DNA of 64,000 nucleotides, from assembly GCF_001194135.2 (NCBI RefSeq), contig NC_068981.1, forward strand, positions 41,358,238 to 41,422,237, given 5' to 3'. Below the pieces are notes generated by a model. The model had not been told where the DNA came from, searched no databases, and saw nothing but the letters and a program-made list of their open reading frames with translations. Source of the DNA: Octopus bimaculoides (lineage: Eukaryota). Of this stretch, positions 49,966 through 62,345 are shown piece by piece (the first letter of the stretch is position 1; every line of letters begins with the position of its first letter). The position numbers were made by a program, and so were the translations under genes.

Positions 49966-51437
49966 CTAGCCATAAAATTTCAACAGACCAGGAATTTCAA
50001 TGACAAAAAGTTGACCTACAGAGTTAAAAGCCAGTGAAACAGGTTGTTCAATTTCATCCTCATCTGAAAGATAAATACTATCAAATGTCATTTCTGGGGT
50101 AAATTTATAAATTCTATTGCTATCTTTATCTGCTAAGTAGATAAAACCATCTGCATCTAGAGTAACACCTAAAGGACATTGTAACTGGTTGACACCATAG
50201 TCACCAATAAAGGCTGAAGAAACCCTACCAGATTTATCACAACAAAATAAACTTTTTTTTTTCCAATCTGAAACAATAAATTTTTGATGACAACTGACGG
50301 TTATATATTCAGGTTCACAAAATAGTGGTCTGCGTTCATTTTCAAACCCAATTGTTTTGATCAGAACTCCATCATACAAAATATCTATAGCAGGTGGATT
50401 TGAAGAACAACATACTAGAGTCATTTTAGATTCATCATAGGCCACTGCCCAATATGCCTTCGCAACACTTAGTTGTTTTTTAAGGGTCATTGTTTCAGAG
50501 ACAAATGCAATTTTCAAAATATCTGGAAGCGTAACAACTACTTCGGACAGACTGGCTATGTAATCGATTCCGTAGGGGCCAGACATCAGCTCACAGCAAG
50601 TTAAATGGTTATCTTTAGTAATCATTTTCAGCTTCCTGTTTGTGTAATCACTGACTACAACAGAATCCTGTGCAGTTACACATATACCAGTCAGATGAAC
50701 ACTAAGCTCAGAATCCATTAAAAGGTTAGTACTGTACCTAAAAGACAATCGCCGTGTGCTTGAAAGCTTTCTCGTTGGAGAGAATACTTCATGAGTAAAA
50801 ATGTCAGACTGCGTGGAATCAGTAAGCTTACCAAGATTTGAAGTGTGGCGGAGAATGTCCCACACAGCAGCTCCCGGTTCAAAATGAATATCAGAAATAT
50901 GAATATTTTCCAACTTAGTTTTTATTTCTCTATGCTGAGAGGTGTTTTTGGTCATAAAACTTGAAACATCATCCCAAATCTTTAAGAATTCCCTTTCTTG
51001 GGAATTTTTCACTGATAAGGCACTATTTATCACCTCAACCTTTGTATTTAACATTTCAATACTATTATCACAATCTTCTTGTATTTTTTTCAATAAATTT
51101 ATCTTAATCAGGGAGTTAGTGTGTACTTGATCCAGAAGTTTTTCTTCCTGCTCCAAAAGGAGCTTGTTAACACGAATCCGAATTGACTGAATTCCTTGCT
51201 TAAGAGTGTCCCCATGGCTTTTGTTCTTGTCCAGTTTCTTTGTGATAAGCTCTCGTAGATAATTTATATTGTCCTTTTGGAGACTCAAGATGGAGTTATA
51301 AACTTGACCCAACTGCAATTTGTTTTCGACAGCTAATTTCAAGGGATAAACTTTTTCACAAAATTCATGGTCTACAGATGCACACTTATCACAGCAAAAT
51401 GCACTACATTTCAAGCAGTACAAATTTTGATTTTTAT
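49966..51437 (-). CDS. TRIM/RBCC exon 2: rest of B-box2, coiled coil, NHL-like beta-propeller (TRIM56/TRIM2/3-like architecture)
   Basis: Acceptor tttcag| at 51438, phase 1. Splicing rebuilds CPKHPDKNQNLYCLKCSAFCCDKCASVDHEFC. A heptad-rich helical region follows, then about 6 blades (e.g. LTGICV..VVVSDYTN, PEYITV..FIVSDW, PLGVTLDADGFIYLADKDSNRI). Total 660 aa. Confidence 0.93.
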
Positions 51438-54400
51438 CTGAAATTAGAAAACAAAAAAATATTAATACAACTATCAAGAGAAATAAATAAAAAAGAAATA
51501 AAATTACAACACACATGCCTCTGTGTGTATGCACCCACTTAGACAAGTTAATTATAAGTTTATATCATTATCATTTATTATGCTCCCACTGAAAATAGCC
51601 ATATCAAAAGTGTGTGCGTGTGTGCATGTAAAACTAGCAGAATAGGATTGATATGTAAAATTACTGTTCTACATACCAATTACATTTTAGTCAAAATACA
51701 CAAAATATGTATTATCAGTTCAAATGGCTTAAAGAAAATAGTAACTAACATAATAATGCTGGAGGAGGAATTTGTGACATGGTAACAGCTGGTTTAGAGT
51801 TAAATACATTTTGACAACTACATGTATCATAAACAAAGCAAAGGCCAAACCAAGTGAGGCTTTACATAGTTGGTCTATCTACTTAAAATAGTAGCCAAAT
51901 TTCCAAATGACACTATAGTAGTATCTTAAAAAGTAAAGGAAATATTAGGTAATTTGATCCTGAACATGCAAAAAGTCATAGCTGGAATGAAAAGCATTCC
52001 AGCTATGACTTTTTTTTGCATGATCACAGCATGATCAAATTTGCATGATCATAGTCAACCTGAGATAATAATAATAATTAAAAAAAATAAGTATTTGTTG
52101 TATTTGGGGTCACAAAAGTGTAACGAAAGAACTCTGGCCGAAATAAGCTTAATGTAATATAAAGCTGAAGCAAATTAACACCAAATATATAGTGCGTGTA
52201 TTTTTATTGGCTAAACTGGCAACATGACCATCCCCAAATACAACAATATCTGTTTCAACACACGATTTCACATCAAGAATCTTGCAAAACAAATATATAA
52301 ACGGAATAAAAAATAAGTGCTATATGAGAATTGAGATAGTGTGTAGGCAGTGATGGCACAAAGATTTATAGAAACTGGAATGGATAGAGAAGAGTATGAT
52401 CTACTACATATATATTAAACTGGTGAAAACAAAGTAAACATGAATTTTAAAATATAAATATCAAAATATATGGGATGTATTGCTGCAGAAATGTTATGTG
52501 ATTGGTAAGAAAAGAACAACAACTATGCAGTGGAAGATAACTACAGTAAATAAAATCCAAGATGAAATAATGCAAGATTGAGAGAATGCAAAATTAGCAT
52601 CTTCAGATATTTCATTCACTAGAATCTGTTGTAGGTTAAGATTTATAATTCATTTATTAGAAACTATACATTAAAGAATATAAACATTTTTTTGCAGTTG
52701 TTATATAATAAAAATGTTTAACACTTTATATCAACACCCCTGAAGCCACCTACAGTTCAATAATATAAAATGCTCTATTTTAGAAGGTTTATATTTAAAA
52801 TGCAATTTATCATAATTTATATGCAAGGAATACTTTTCAAGAAATGTTCTGAGCAAAAGCTTAATAGCAAAGTTATTTTGTTTTTACTAAACCCCCTTCA
52901 AATTTAAACAGTTAATTGAAACACAATGCCACTATGTTCCATAAGAAATCATCATCATCATTTAAATCTCCATTTTCCATGCCAGCATGGGTGAGTCACA
53001 AAATGATTAAAGGTAACATCTTAGTGTTTTGCAATTCTTTATCATAATAGTGTGGTTAATAAGTGTGACCTGCATATTTTCAATCAAAAATATAAATTAA
53101 CACTCCTACAACAACATGCTTTATCTAGTTTCTAAATTTAACTACTCTAAACAGGTCGTTTACAACACTTTATTAGCCATCTTTTCCTTTTAAAAACAGA
53201 ACTTTAAGAAAAAAGATAGTTTTGAGCGTTAATGTGTAGTAATTACAATCATAAATTAACAACATGCCTACACATCATTTTAAGGTCCAAATCTTCAAAA
53301 TTCTAAATATACCCTTTCAGTTTGAAGAGGTTTTTTTTGCAACAGTAGGAGTCCTCCCATACAAGTAATTAGGTCTGATGTAAAAATAGCACTCATAAAC
53401 AAAAACATAATTTTTTGGTAATGATATTATGACTAGTGTAAGCAAAGTGGATAACTATCTACATCTTAAAATTAGATTAGTTTAAACAATTTGTGAGCTT
53501 TTTTTATGTTAAGAAGTTCTGTAACTTTAAATATTTGAAAGGATTTGGGAATAGATGTTTTAAATGGAAACTTTTTTGAATACTATCTCATATTTAATCA
53601 TTAAGTAAATGCAATATTTCAAACTGGTAAAATTAAAATCCTTTAAAAACAGATAAGTGATGAGGCACTGGCATGGCTGCATGGTTAAGTAGCTTGCTTT
53701 GGAACCACATGGTTTCAAGTTCAGTCTCACTGCATAGCAGCTTGAGCAAGTGTCTTCTAATATAGCCTCAGGCTAACCAATGCCTTGTGAGTGAATTTAG
53801 TAGATGGAAACTGTGTGGAAGCTCGTAATATATACATCTATGTATGTATTTCTTTGTGTCCGTGTTTGTCATTCTCTCCACCTAACTAGTGTTAGTTTCT
53901 TCACATCCTCACAACTTAGCAGTTTGGCAAAACAGACAGAACAACTACCCAACTTAAAAAATAAAAAATGGGGTCAATCTGTTCAAATAAAACTTTTCAA
54001 GGCAGTACCACAGCATGGCCACATTCTAATGAATGAAACAAGTGAAAGATAAAGAATAAGAATTCTATCGTTTTGAATAGAAAGCCTTTTTATTTCCAAC
54101 AATCTGATGTGAATTTAATATAACCTTCAAATTATTTCTCCAAACAGTGTAAAGTTTTCTTCAAATCACATTATAAAAAAGTTAAACTATGCTCATGTAG
54201 CGAAATCATTTCAAATTTAAAAATAAATTCCAACTGACGTAAAATAGGTTAGAAGTTACTTGAAAGAAGATACAACATACAATGAATTTGAAAGATAACT
54301 GCCAATTAAAACTCCCAGTAGATTAACTTTTTAAAGAATATACTAATGTCAGCTGTTATCTCTGCAAAGAATACAGTTCTATGTTTAAGTATAGCAAGGC

Positions 54401-54603
54401 AGTGAAAAATACCATATGTATGCAAGAGCTGATAATATCTACTATTTCAAGACAAGATTCAAATGAAACTAAATATAAAATGATTAAGAAAAAGTGGCCA
54501 ATTGAGTTAAGCAAGCAAAATTATAACCTTGCAAACCAGTCTTTAATTTAAAACAGTATATTACACAGAAATTTTATTTATTCAAAATATTGTTCAGGTA
54601 GCT

Positions 54604-55140
54604 CCATCATCATCATTTAACATCTGTTTTCCATACAAGCATTGGTTGGACAGTTTGACAGCAACTGGCAAACCTGAGAGCTACACCAGGCTCCATCTGT
54701 CTGTTTTGGTATGGTTTCTACAGCTAGATGCCCTTCCTAACACCAACCACTCCGAGAGTGTACTGGGTACTTTTTATGTGGCAGGGTCACCAAGTAGCTT
54801 GGAAGACGAAAACCTCTCAGCTAAGAGAGGAAAGTGGCTGTGTGCCAGGTGAGAAGTTAGAGTATAATAGAGGGACAGAGATAGTTCTTACTGTAGAGGA
54901 AATATCTGGCTACCCCAGTAAGATAGGAAAGGTGGAGGAGAGAGAGAGAAATATATGGTGTCATAGATGTATTGGGGGCTATCTACAGGGAACAGTGAGG
55001 AGGAGTATAAGTAGTACAGCAGGGATAAGAGTGTGATGAGAATATTCCATAAAGTGTGAGGAAAGATGTTTACAGATGGGGAAGACTAGACAGTCCTGAT
55101 ACAAGGTATGTGACAATGTATAGATTATTTTGTTTGGACA
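54604..55140 (-). mobile_element. Second copy of the pyrimidine-rich, RTE-tailed retroposon
   Basis: Homologous to 23560-24285. Confidence 0.65.
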
Positions 55141-55496
55141 GAATACATAAAAAAAAATTAAATAGGATCTTTGAGAGACAACTATTTAGCAGATTCTTTC
55201 ACAGATCTTGAGTAAGGCCAGTTAATGAACTATTGGTGACACAGAGAAATACACTCCTAACATCGTTAAAAAATACCAACAATTCACACACACACACACA
55301 CACCAGGGGAAAACAAATTCAAAAACAAGCTACGTTAAGCCACCCAAAATGAAGTCCTCTAGACAAGTCTGATAGTGAATAAAAAATATTTAGTCTATAA
55401 TTGTTAGGCCACAAAATATATAACCTGCCTATGCTACACATTTATAATGAGCCAGGGGCAACAGTATATCTTGCCAAACTAATAATAATGAACTGA

Positions 55497-55539
<43 letters not shown>

Positions 55540-55974
55540 TATATAAATGCAGCACAACCTCAAGAAATTTTGTAACAGAAACTACTTTAACATTACAGTT
55601 CTATACCAATTGTCAAAATTGTTATGGTTACTGTATTAAGTTTATATCTGACTAGACAATTACTCATTGTTGCCATTGCATTAGCAACCTAATTCCAATC
55701 ATACTGCATTGACATACTTGTTAACTTTGGTGCCCATAACATATCATCTAGAACATGGACAGTTCTCAGTTCATTACTGAAAAGTTAACTTACTTTGCAA
55801 TGCAATGTGGAAAAAAGATTGCAAGCCTATGATGACAATAAATAATGAAGCCAAATTGTTTTTGTAGTATCATCAGGAAGCTCTGTTGAGTGAAATTACA
55901 ATTTCATTTTACTGTATTAGAGAAACTAATTTTAAATTAGTAAGATTAAACCAAATTGTGGGTTTAGTGAAAAT

Positions 55975-56260
55975 TTTTACATGTTTTCGAGCGAGATCGT
56001 TGCAAGTGCCCCTGGACTAGCTCTTGTGCGGGTGGCACATAAAAGACACCATTTCGAGCGTGGCCGTCTTCGTGCGGGTGACACGTAAAAGCACCCACTA
56101 CACTCTCTGAGTGGTTGGCGTTAGGAAGGGCATCCAGCTGTAGAAACTCTGCCAAATTAGATTGGAGCCTGGTGTAGCCATCCGGTTGCACCAGTCCTCA
56201 GTCAAATCGTCCAACCCATGCTAGCATGGAAAGCAGACGTTGAACGATGATGATGATGAT
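55975..56260 (+). mobile_element. Young RTE 3'UTR copy in the TRIM intron
   Basis: Reverse complement of the 4293-4590 family, with a (GAT)n tail at about 56246-56260. Confidence 0.85.
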
Positions 56261-56512
56261 TTCAACCCAATACTGACAGCTAGTTTTTAGTGTAACAATA
56301 AAGACTTCTTAAAGTAAGACTCAGCAACATAAACACATAACTAATATAATACATAATCTCCTGATGTTCACACAATACCCATCAGAACTGTATAGTTGGT
56401 ATATGAAACCTTTGACTTCAACTTCAAGTTTTTGTACTACCAACTCCAACTAACACCTCTCTTAGGCTAATCAAATATACATTTCTTATACTATTTGAAA
56501 ACACAATATATA

Positions 56513-56860
56513 TCATCATTTAACGTACACTTTGCTTGCTGGCATGGGTTGGATGGTTTGACTGAGGACTGGTGAGCTAGAGGCTGCACCAGGCTCAATC
56601 TGATCTGGCAAAGTTTCTATAGCTGGATACCCTTCCTAGCACCAACCACGCTGAGAGAGTAGTGGATGCTTTTACGTGACATTGGCACAAGGACCAGTCA
56701 GGTGGTTCTGGCAACAACCATGCTCAAAAGGTGTCTTTTACGTGCTACCGGCATGGGGGCCAGTCCAGCAGCACTGGCAACGATCATGCCCAAATGTTGT
56801 TTTTTCACGTGCCGGTAAGGCGACGCTGGCAACAATCACGTTAAAGAAGGTTTTCACCCA
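56513..56860 (-). mobile_element. RTE 3'UTR copy with internal tandem subunits
   Basis: Same family, with repeated cttttacgtg...ccagtc...ggcactggcaac units. Confidence 0.75.
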
Positions 56861-57700
56861 CATAAGGTGTTATCTGTTTGGTGTGATATGAAAAGTTTAG
56901 TCCACTTTGAACTTTTAAACACAAACCAAACGATAACAAAGGAGATCTACTGCAAGCAGCTTAAGTTAGCACTAGAAGAAAAACAACTGTCTCTGGTTTC
57001 AAGACGAAAGGTGTTCTTCCATCAGGATAACACTCAGCCACATACAGCGAAGATGACATACCAAAGGCTGGAGCAGTTTGAATGGGAAACTATGCCAGAC
57101 TCACCATATTTGCCAATGTTTCTCCTTTCCTTACCCACTGTCTTCAGTGCTTGATACTTTTATAGAGAACCCATTACTCATTACCTGTCACTTTTGATCC
57201 AAAAAAAACGTTCATTTGTTAGACATGACAACGAAGAAGAGCACACATTCACTCTTTGTGTGTGATTACTCAGAAAGTTTGTCAGGAACCCATTGACCCA
57301 ATTTGCTGACTTTTCTGATGACATGTGGATGTCGATGAATGGTTGAATGACCAAATCCAAGCCGCTCTGCTAGTTCCTCAACAGTTATGATGGGATTTTG
57401 TTCCATCAGGGTTTGCAGGATGTGCCCATCGAGCTCTATATATCTTCCAGGACGAGGTTCATCTTCTAGGCTGTAGTTTCCAGCTCAGAATTTCTCAAAC
57501 CACCATTGACACTGGCTAACACATTGTCCAATCCTCATATATTGCATTAATATTCCTCGCACTTTCTGTTGCCTTTATTGAACTCCTAAAGCAAAACATT
57601 GCTCCATCTGATTATCATTCATTCCACACTCTTCAAAATCATTTGGACAGGAAAAGATATGAATTCTGTAGACGAGGTCAGAACAGTAATGGAGGAGTAA
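56860..57700. mobile_element. mariner relic with its N-terminal half (57117-57590, -) embedded in inverted orientation inside the C-terminal half (+)
   Basis: Plus: VWCDMK..VHFELL..FHQDNTQPH...PYLP, then NIAPSDYH after the insert. Minus: KATESARNINAIY..QCQWWFEKF..EDEPRPGR..GQWVP..VTGNE*WVLY. Confidence 0.82.
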
Positions 57701-60700
57701 TGAGTATGTGTGTGTGTGCATTTATGTGTGTCATTGTATCCATGTTTGTCCCCCACTGTCATCGCTTGACAACTGATGCTGGTGTGTTTATGTCCCTATA
57801 ACTTAGCAGTTTGGCAAGAGACTGATAGAAGAAGTACTTGGCTTACAAAAAAAAATCAGTCCTGGGACTGATTTCTTCAACTAAAACTCTTTAAAAGGCA
57901 GTGCTCCAGTATGGCCACAGTCAAATGACTGAAACAAGTGAAAGAATATAATCATTGTCATTGATGATTATATGCAGACACTTTACAATGCACACATGGG
58001 TCGGATGAAATTCCCTGAGGTAGATGTCCTTCCTTATCACCTGTTTTGAAGTAAGGTAACATTTCTCCCTAATCCTCTAAACATAATCAGATATGATTTC
58101 TTGGAAAATTACATATGAATGGCACCGCTTGTATGATAGTGATGTTTATTTACAACTAGCATGTGATGTTAAGACAAGGAGTCAAGAGCACACACATCAT
58201 GCATATATACACCAGGCTTCTCTCAGTTTCCATCTTTCAAATCCACTCACAAGGCTTTATTTTACTCAAGGCAAGAGTAGACGGCATTTGTCCAAGTTCA
58301 TGCCATGGAATTGAACTCAAAACCCCATGGTTGGAAAGTTAATTTGTATCAGTTTGCTTGAGCATAGAACCAAATCAGGTACACCAGTATCTATCAAGTA
58401 AATTATCCAAAATTGTGGAGCCTGACATAATTATACCAGAGTTGGTTTGGCCTTAAAAACATAAAATGCATTCCATCAAACCTTATTTGGTATCATTTTA
58501 AAATATTTCGCCTTTTGTATTTATTTCAGTTTTAACCCTTTCGTTACTGTGTTTCTTTCAATTACTTTAAATATAACAAAGAATTTAGTAAAATAACTTA
58601 GTTATCATTCAGCTAGTGTTATGAACATAAATTGTGACTAAGGTTTGGTGGAAGATTTTCATTCAAAACTTATGAAAACAAGATATTTGTACTCAGAGCC
58701 AGATTCGGTTTCAGCCAGGTTTGTATCAAAAAGGTTTATTAGAATTTTCAAAAAGACAAGCAAGAGGATATTAAAACAAAGCAAAAAAGGAACAAAAACG
58801 TTTGTAACTAGCAGCTTCCTTTAAAGCTAGGAACACAGCAGCATTTTCCCTTTTAGAGGGGTTTTTTTTTTTTTGCTGGTAGGGGATGCTAGCAGAACAC
58901 TAATAGAAAATCTTATTTACCTTGGGAGGATCATTTTGCCAATAAAACTCGTGCACTGGTTAGATTTTACTTTTTATGCCTATCAGTTTACAACTTACCT
59001 AATAAACGGATGATTATGATGATGATGATAAAATGAAGCAAAACATAATTAGTGAGTTTTTTATTGACAAAATGAACCTCAATATTGCAAAACAAATACA
59101 AAAAATGTTTATAAATATGTAATTAGAGGTATTAAAAGAATAGAGTTGCGACGAACCCATTAATGAAAATGCTGGTCCACAATTTCATAAAAAAAAAAAA
59201 AACTGATTCTAACCAACACATAAAAACTGATAACATAATTTAGAAATTCTGACATTTGCACTCTTGCCACCAATCTCCCTTTATCTAAATCAGTAGTTCT
59301 CTTACCTGGTTAAGCCCCTCGGTTTCCCATTTCCCGTATAAAATCATAGATTGGATTTAAAGAAGTGGATATCTATAAAAGCGCGCGTGCACACACCACA
59401 ATAAAGGAAAAGACACAAATTGTTGCACTACTAATGGCAAATAAGGAAAAACAGTATATTCCTAAATTTGTAGATATATTGATATAAAATTTAGGGATTA
59501 TTTCCCTTATTATACCCTATCGATTTTATTCACGAGGCTTGATCTATTTATATTTTAATACACACAACTCTACATATATAGTAAAACGAGTATATTATGC
59601 AATCATTTACTATTAGAAACCATTGTATTATTAGATATAGATTTGAAGTAATCCTGTATTCTTCAGGAACGTTCTTTTCAGAATCCCAGCAGTTACTCAT
59701 CTACAGACAAGTGAAAGAGCCCCCAAAATATTTCACTACAATTTTCTGTGAATGGCATGGAAGCAATAAATTTTGCCATTGCAAGATGTTCCTTGTTAGT
59801 TTATCAACACGTACTTTTTACATGGTGACTATTCAGATAGATTTTCTAATTTTTAGTGATTTTATTTAAAAGTGAAATTATATATAAGCCTTTTATTGCG
59901 CCATTGTTCATTCAATATCTTATTCTCAAAATTATTCAGGTGTTATAGAGTTTCTTCATCTAACTGAAACACTTTTCTCTAAAATAGAAACTAGTTCAAT
60001 CGATTATAAATGATCCGTATTACATCTTTAAATCTACCACATAACACTATTTACTAAAAACTTATATATATATATAAGCCACAGAACCTCCCAATATTAG
60101 AAACGAATATCTAAGCATTATCTAAACCTAATTACCTATGAAGAAAAAAAACAAAACAATACAAACAAAACCAAATTGATCCTCACAAACTATAAATCCA
60201 CAAGCACTTTCCACTTCACAAGAATGAAGGACAACTCAGAATAACGAGATAAAGAGATGTGTGTGTGTGTGTGTGTGTGTACACGCGCCTATCTGTATAT
60301 GTGTGGTGAAAATGGTAAAAACGGGACACAAAAACTGTCAAACTACAGAAAAAAACAAGCTATCTGGATATTTTTTTTAATGTGTATTCAATTGAAGTAA
60401 TGATATTAGTAAAACTATATATTTTCTAACACAGAAATGAATGGAAAAAATATAAATAAATCAAAAAGAAATACGTCTTATCGAGTTTCTTATTGTATCA
60501 TTTTATGTCACGGGACAGTTATACATGTCTAACAAATTACAAGCAGAATCAAAATCATTGCCACAAGATCCACTGTTACTGACGAATTAATCGATAAGAA
60601 AAAGGATTTCGTCTCCCGAAGAAAAAAAAAAAAAAAGGCAGACTTTCTTTGGGAGCGATGAATCATTTTGAAATAAAGGAATAATCTCGTCGTTTCATCA

Positions 60701-61183
60701 TTTCCACGGTCATTCGTAACAACTTGATTGAATTCAGAGGAGAGTAAAATGAAACTAAATGGTAATTTGACAACATGTCCATTTTAGCGAAACATTGCTT
60801 TAAACTATACATAGTGGTCACGCCTGTTGAAGAACAAATTTCTGTTAATGCATTATCCAATATTGTTGAAACTAGTGGTGGGGTTTTTCACTATATAAAG
60901 AGATGCCTTTTAAACAGAACTATGCTAACATTGAACGAATGTCTAAATACAGGAGCAGGCACAGACGAACACACGAACACACCAATAAATAATGTTACAT
61001 ACAGTGTGTTTATGTTTTTACGATACACGCTTGAAGTAGTGGAATTGATTCCATATATTTTTGTGTATTTATAGAATACCAACAGAATATTACAAGTAAC
61101 ACCGAAGAAGTAGCTGAGTTGAAAAGAACTTCAAATATGGTTTTAAAACATTAGTTAACACACGAAATATTCTAAGTTTCGGT

Positions 61184-61195
61184 GAAACTGAAACT
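61184..61195 (+). promoter_or_regulatory. ISRE/IRF-element-like motif in the TRIM intron
   Basis: GAAACTGAAACT (reverse complement AGTTTCAGTTTC) matches the AGTTTCNNTTTC consensus and is preceded by an inverted AGTTTC half-site. Confidence 0.35.
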
Positions 61196-61689
61196 AAAGA
61201 GAGAGCACTACGTAAATTGTTGCAACATTCGTTTATATAATGTCTAATGTGGAAACTGAATAAAAATATGCCATTGCTGGTTTTCCTTATTCAATTAATT
61301 TAATACAAAATGAGTTTAGCAACAATAAGGATTATTGTATAGCATCAAATATCGATTTCTTTCCAAGGCATAAAACCTTTCATTTGTAGGCAAGTGTCGC
61401 CCGATTTCGACCCCAACACATTGCAATGAGTAATTAATTTCAATGATACTAGTTTTGCAGACCCCAGGAGGGGGAAGGTAGACAGGCCAAGCTGTTGAAA
61501 TTTAAATATAGAATTAAAATATTCATATTGTATTTTGGGCTTATCTACAAGGAATATAATAAGCATGCATTAAAATGAGCAAGTTTTAAGCTAAATTTAT
61601 CGTCTATTTAATTTATTAGTGGGTGTAGTATAAAAAGGTACAGACGAATATGTTAAATAAAATTTAAAAACCAATACAATTATATTTAC

Positions 61690-62200
61690 CTGGATGTTTA
61701 GGACATGAATTTTCCAGTTTCGATTCAGCACCTGAAGTATTGTTTACGTGCTTAGATGTCATATCGACAATAACATGGTATTTATCATGTTCGGATTCAC
61801 AAACATTGCAGAGAGGATAGGAACATTGTTCACACCATCGAACAGCTGGGTTCTTAGTACATGAACAAACCACTTCAGGAACGTCTCTAAGATTATCAGA
61901 AGTTTCAGGCTGATGATTTCGTTGAGCGGCATATCTGTCTAAAAGGCTTGTAATAAGATGATTACTAGAAAATGATTGGGCCCATTTTCCAGGGTCAGGA
62001 TCTATTGGTTCAGGGGGTTTGGAAGCTGAACGGCAAATTGGACATGTTAAATGACCTGTTTGCCGAACACAATCCTCCTTGTTCATTATATATTGGTGTA
62101 AACAATCTTGGCAAAAAGTATGTAGACATGGAAGCGCTTTTGGATTAGTAAATAGTTCAAAACACATAGAACACGTTAAGTCTTGTTCTAATCCTGCCAT
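61690..62200 (-). CDS. TRIM/RBCC E3 ubiquitin ligase exon 1: RING finger, degenerate B-box1, start of B-box2
   Basis: Encodes MAGLEQDLTCSMCFELFTNPKALPCLHTFCQDCL...CPICR (C3HC4 RING), then CSC...CEQC...CNVCESEHDKYH and CPKHP. Donor CCAG|GTAAAT, phase 1. Confidence 0.92.
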
Positions 62201-62282
62201 TTTCGAGGAAAATTCTAATTTGGAGCCTAGCTGACGACCAGCCTCGTTCTGATGAAGCTGCACCGACTTTACTTTGCTGTGA

Positions 62283-62345
62283 CCAATCAGTGTCACTCCC
62301 TTTATAGAGAGACGCGTTTACAGTGGCCTCTGCTCGCTATAAATA
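62283..62345. promoter_or_regulatory. Putative core promoter of the TRIM gene with back-to-back TATA boxes and a CCAAT box
   Basis: Minus-strand TATAAAG at 62306-62300, about 100 nt upstream of the ATG. Plus-strand TATAAATA at 62338-62345. GACCAATCAG at 62281-62290. CpG dinucleotides are visibly enriched locally. Confidence 0.5.

Noticed and set aside
51438-51546. Hydrophobic N-terminal extension (MSKWVH...LIFFCFLIS) of the 526-aa ORF, resembling a transmembrane segment
   Set aside because: It is the T-rich intron end upstream of a strong tttcag acceptor. Splicing to exon 1 restores a complete B-box2.
60663-61082. Short ORFs in unique CpG-richer intronic sequence
   Set aside because: No motif or splice support, and overlapping ORFs on both strands are typical of noise.
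62201-62296. GTG-initiated 32-aa extension of the TRIM exon-1 ORF
   Set aside because: Bacterial-style start call. It lies in the probable 5'UTR, and the first in-frame ATG (62200) directly precedes the RING domain.
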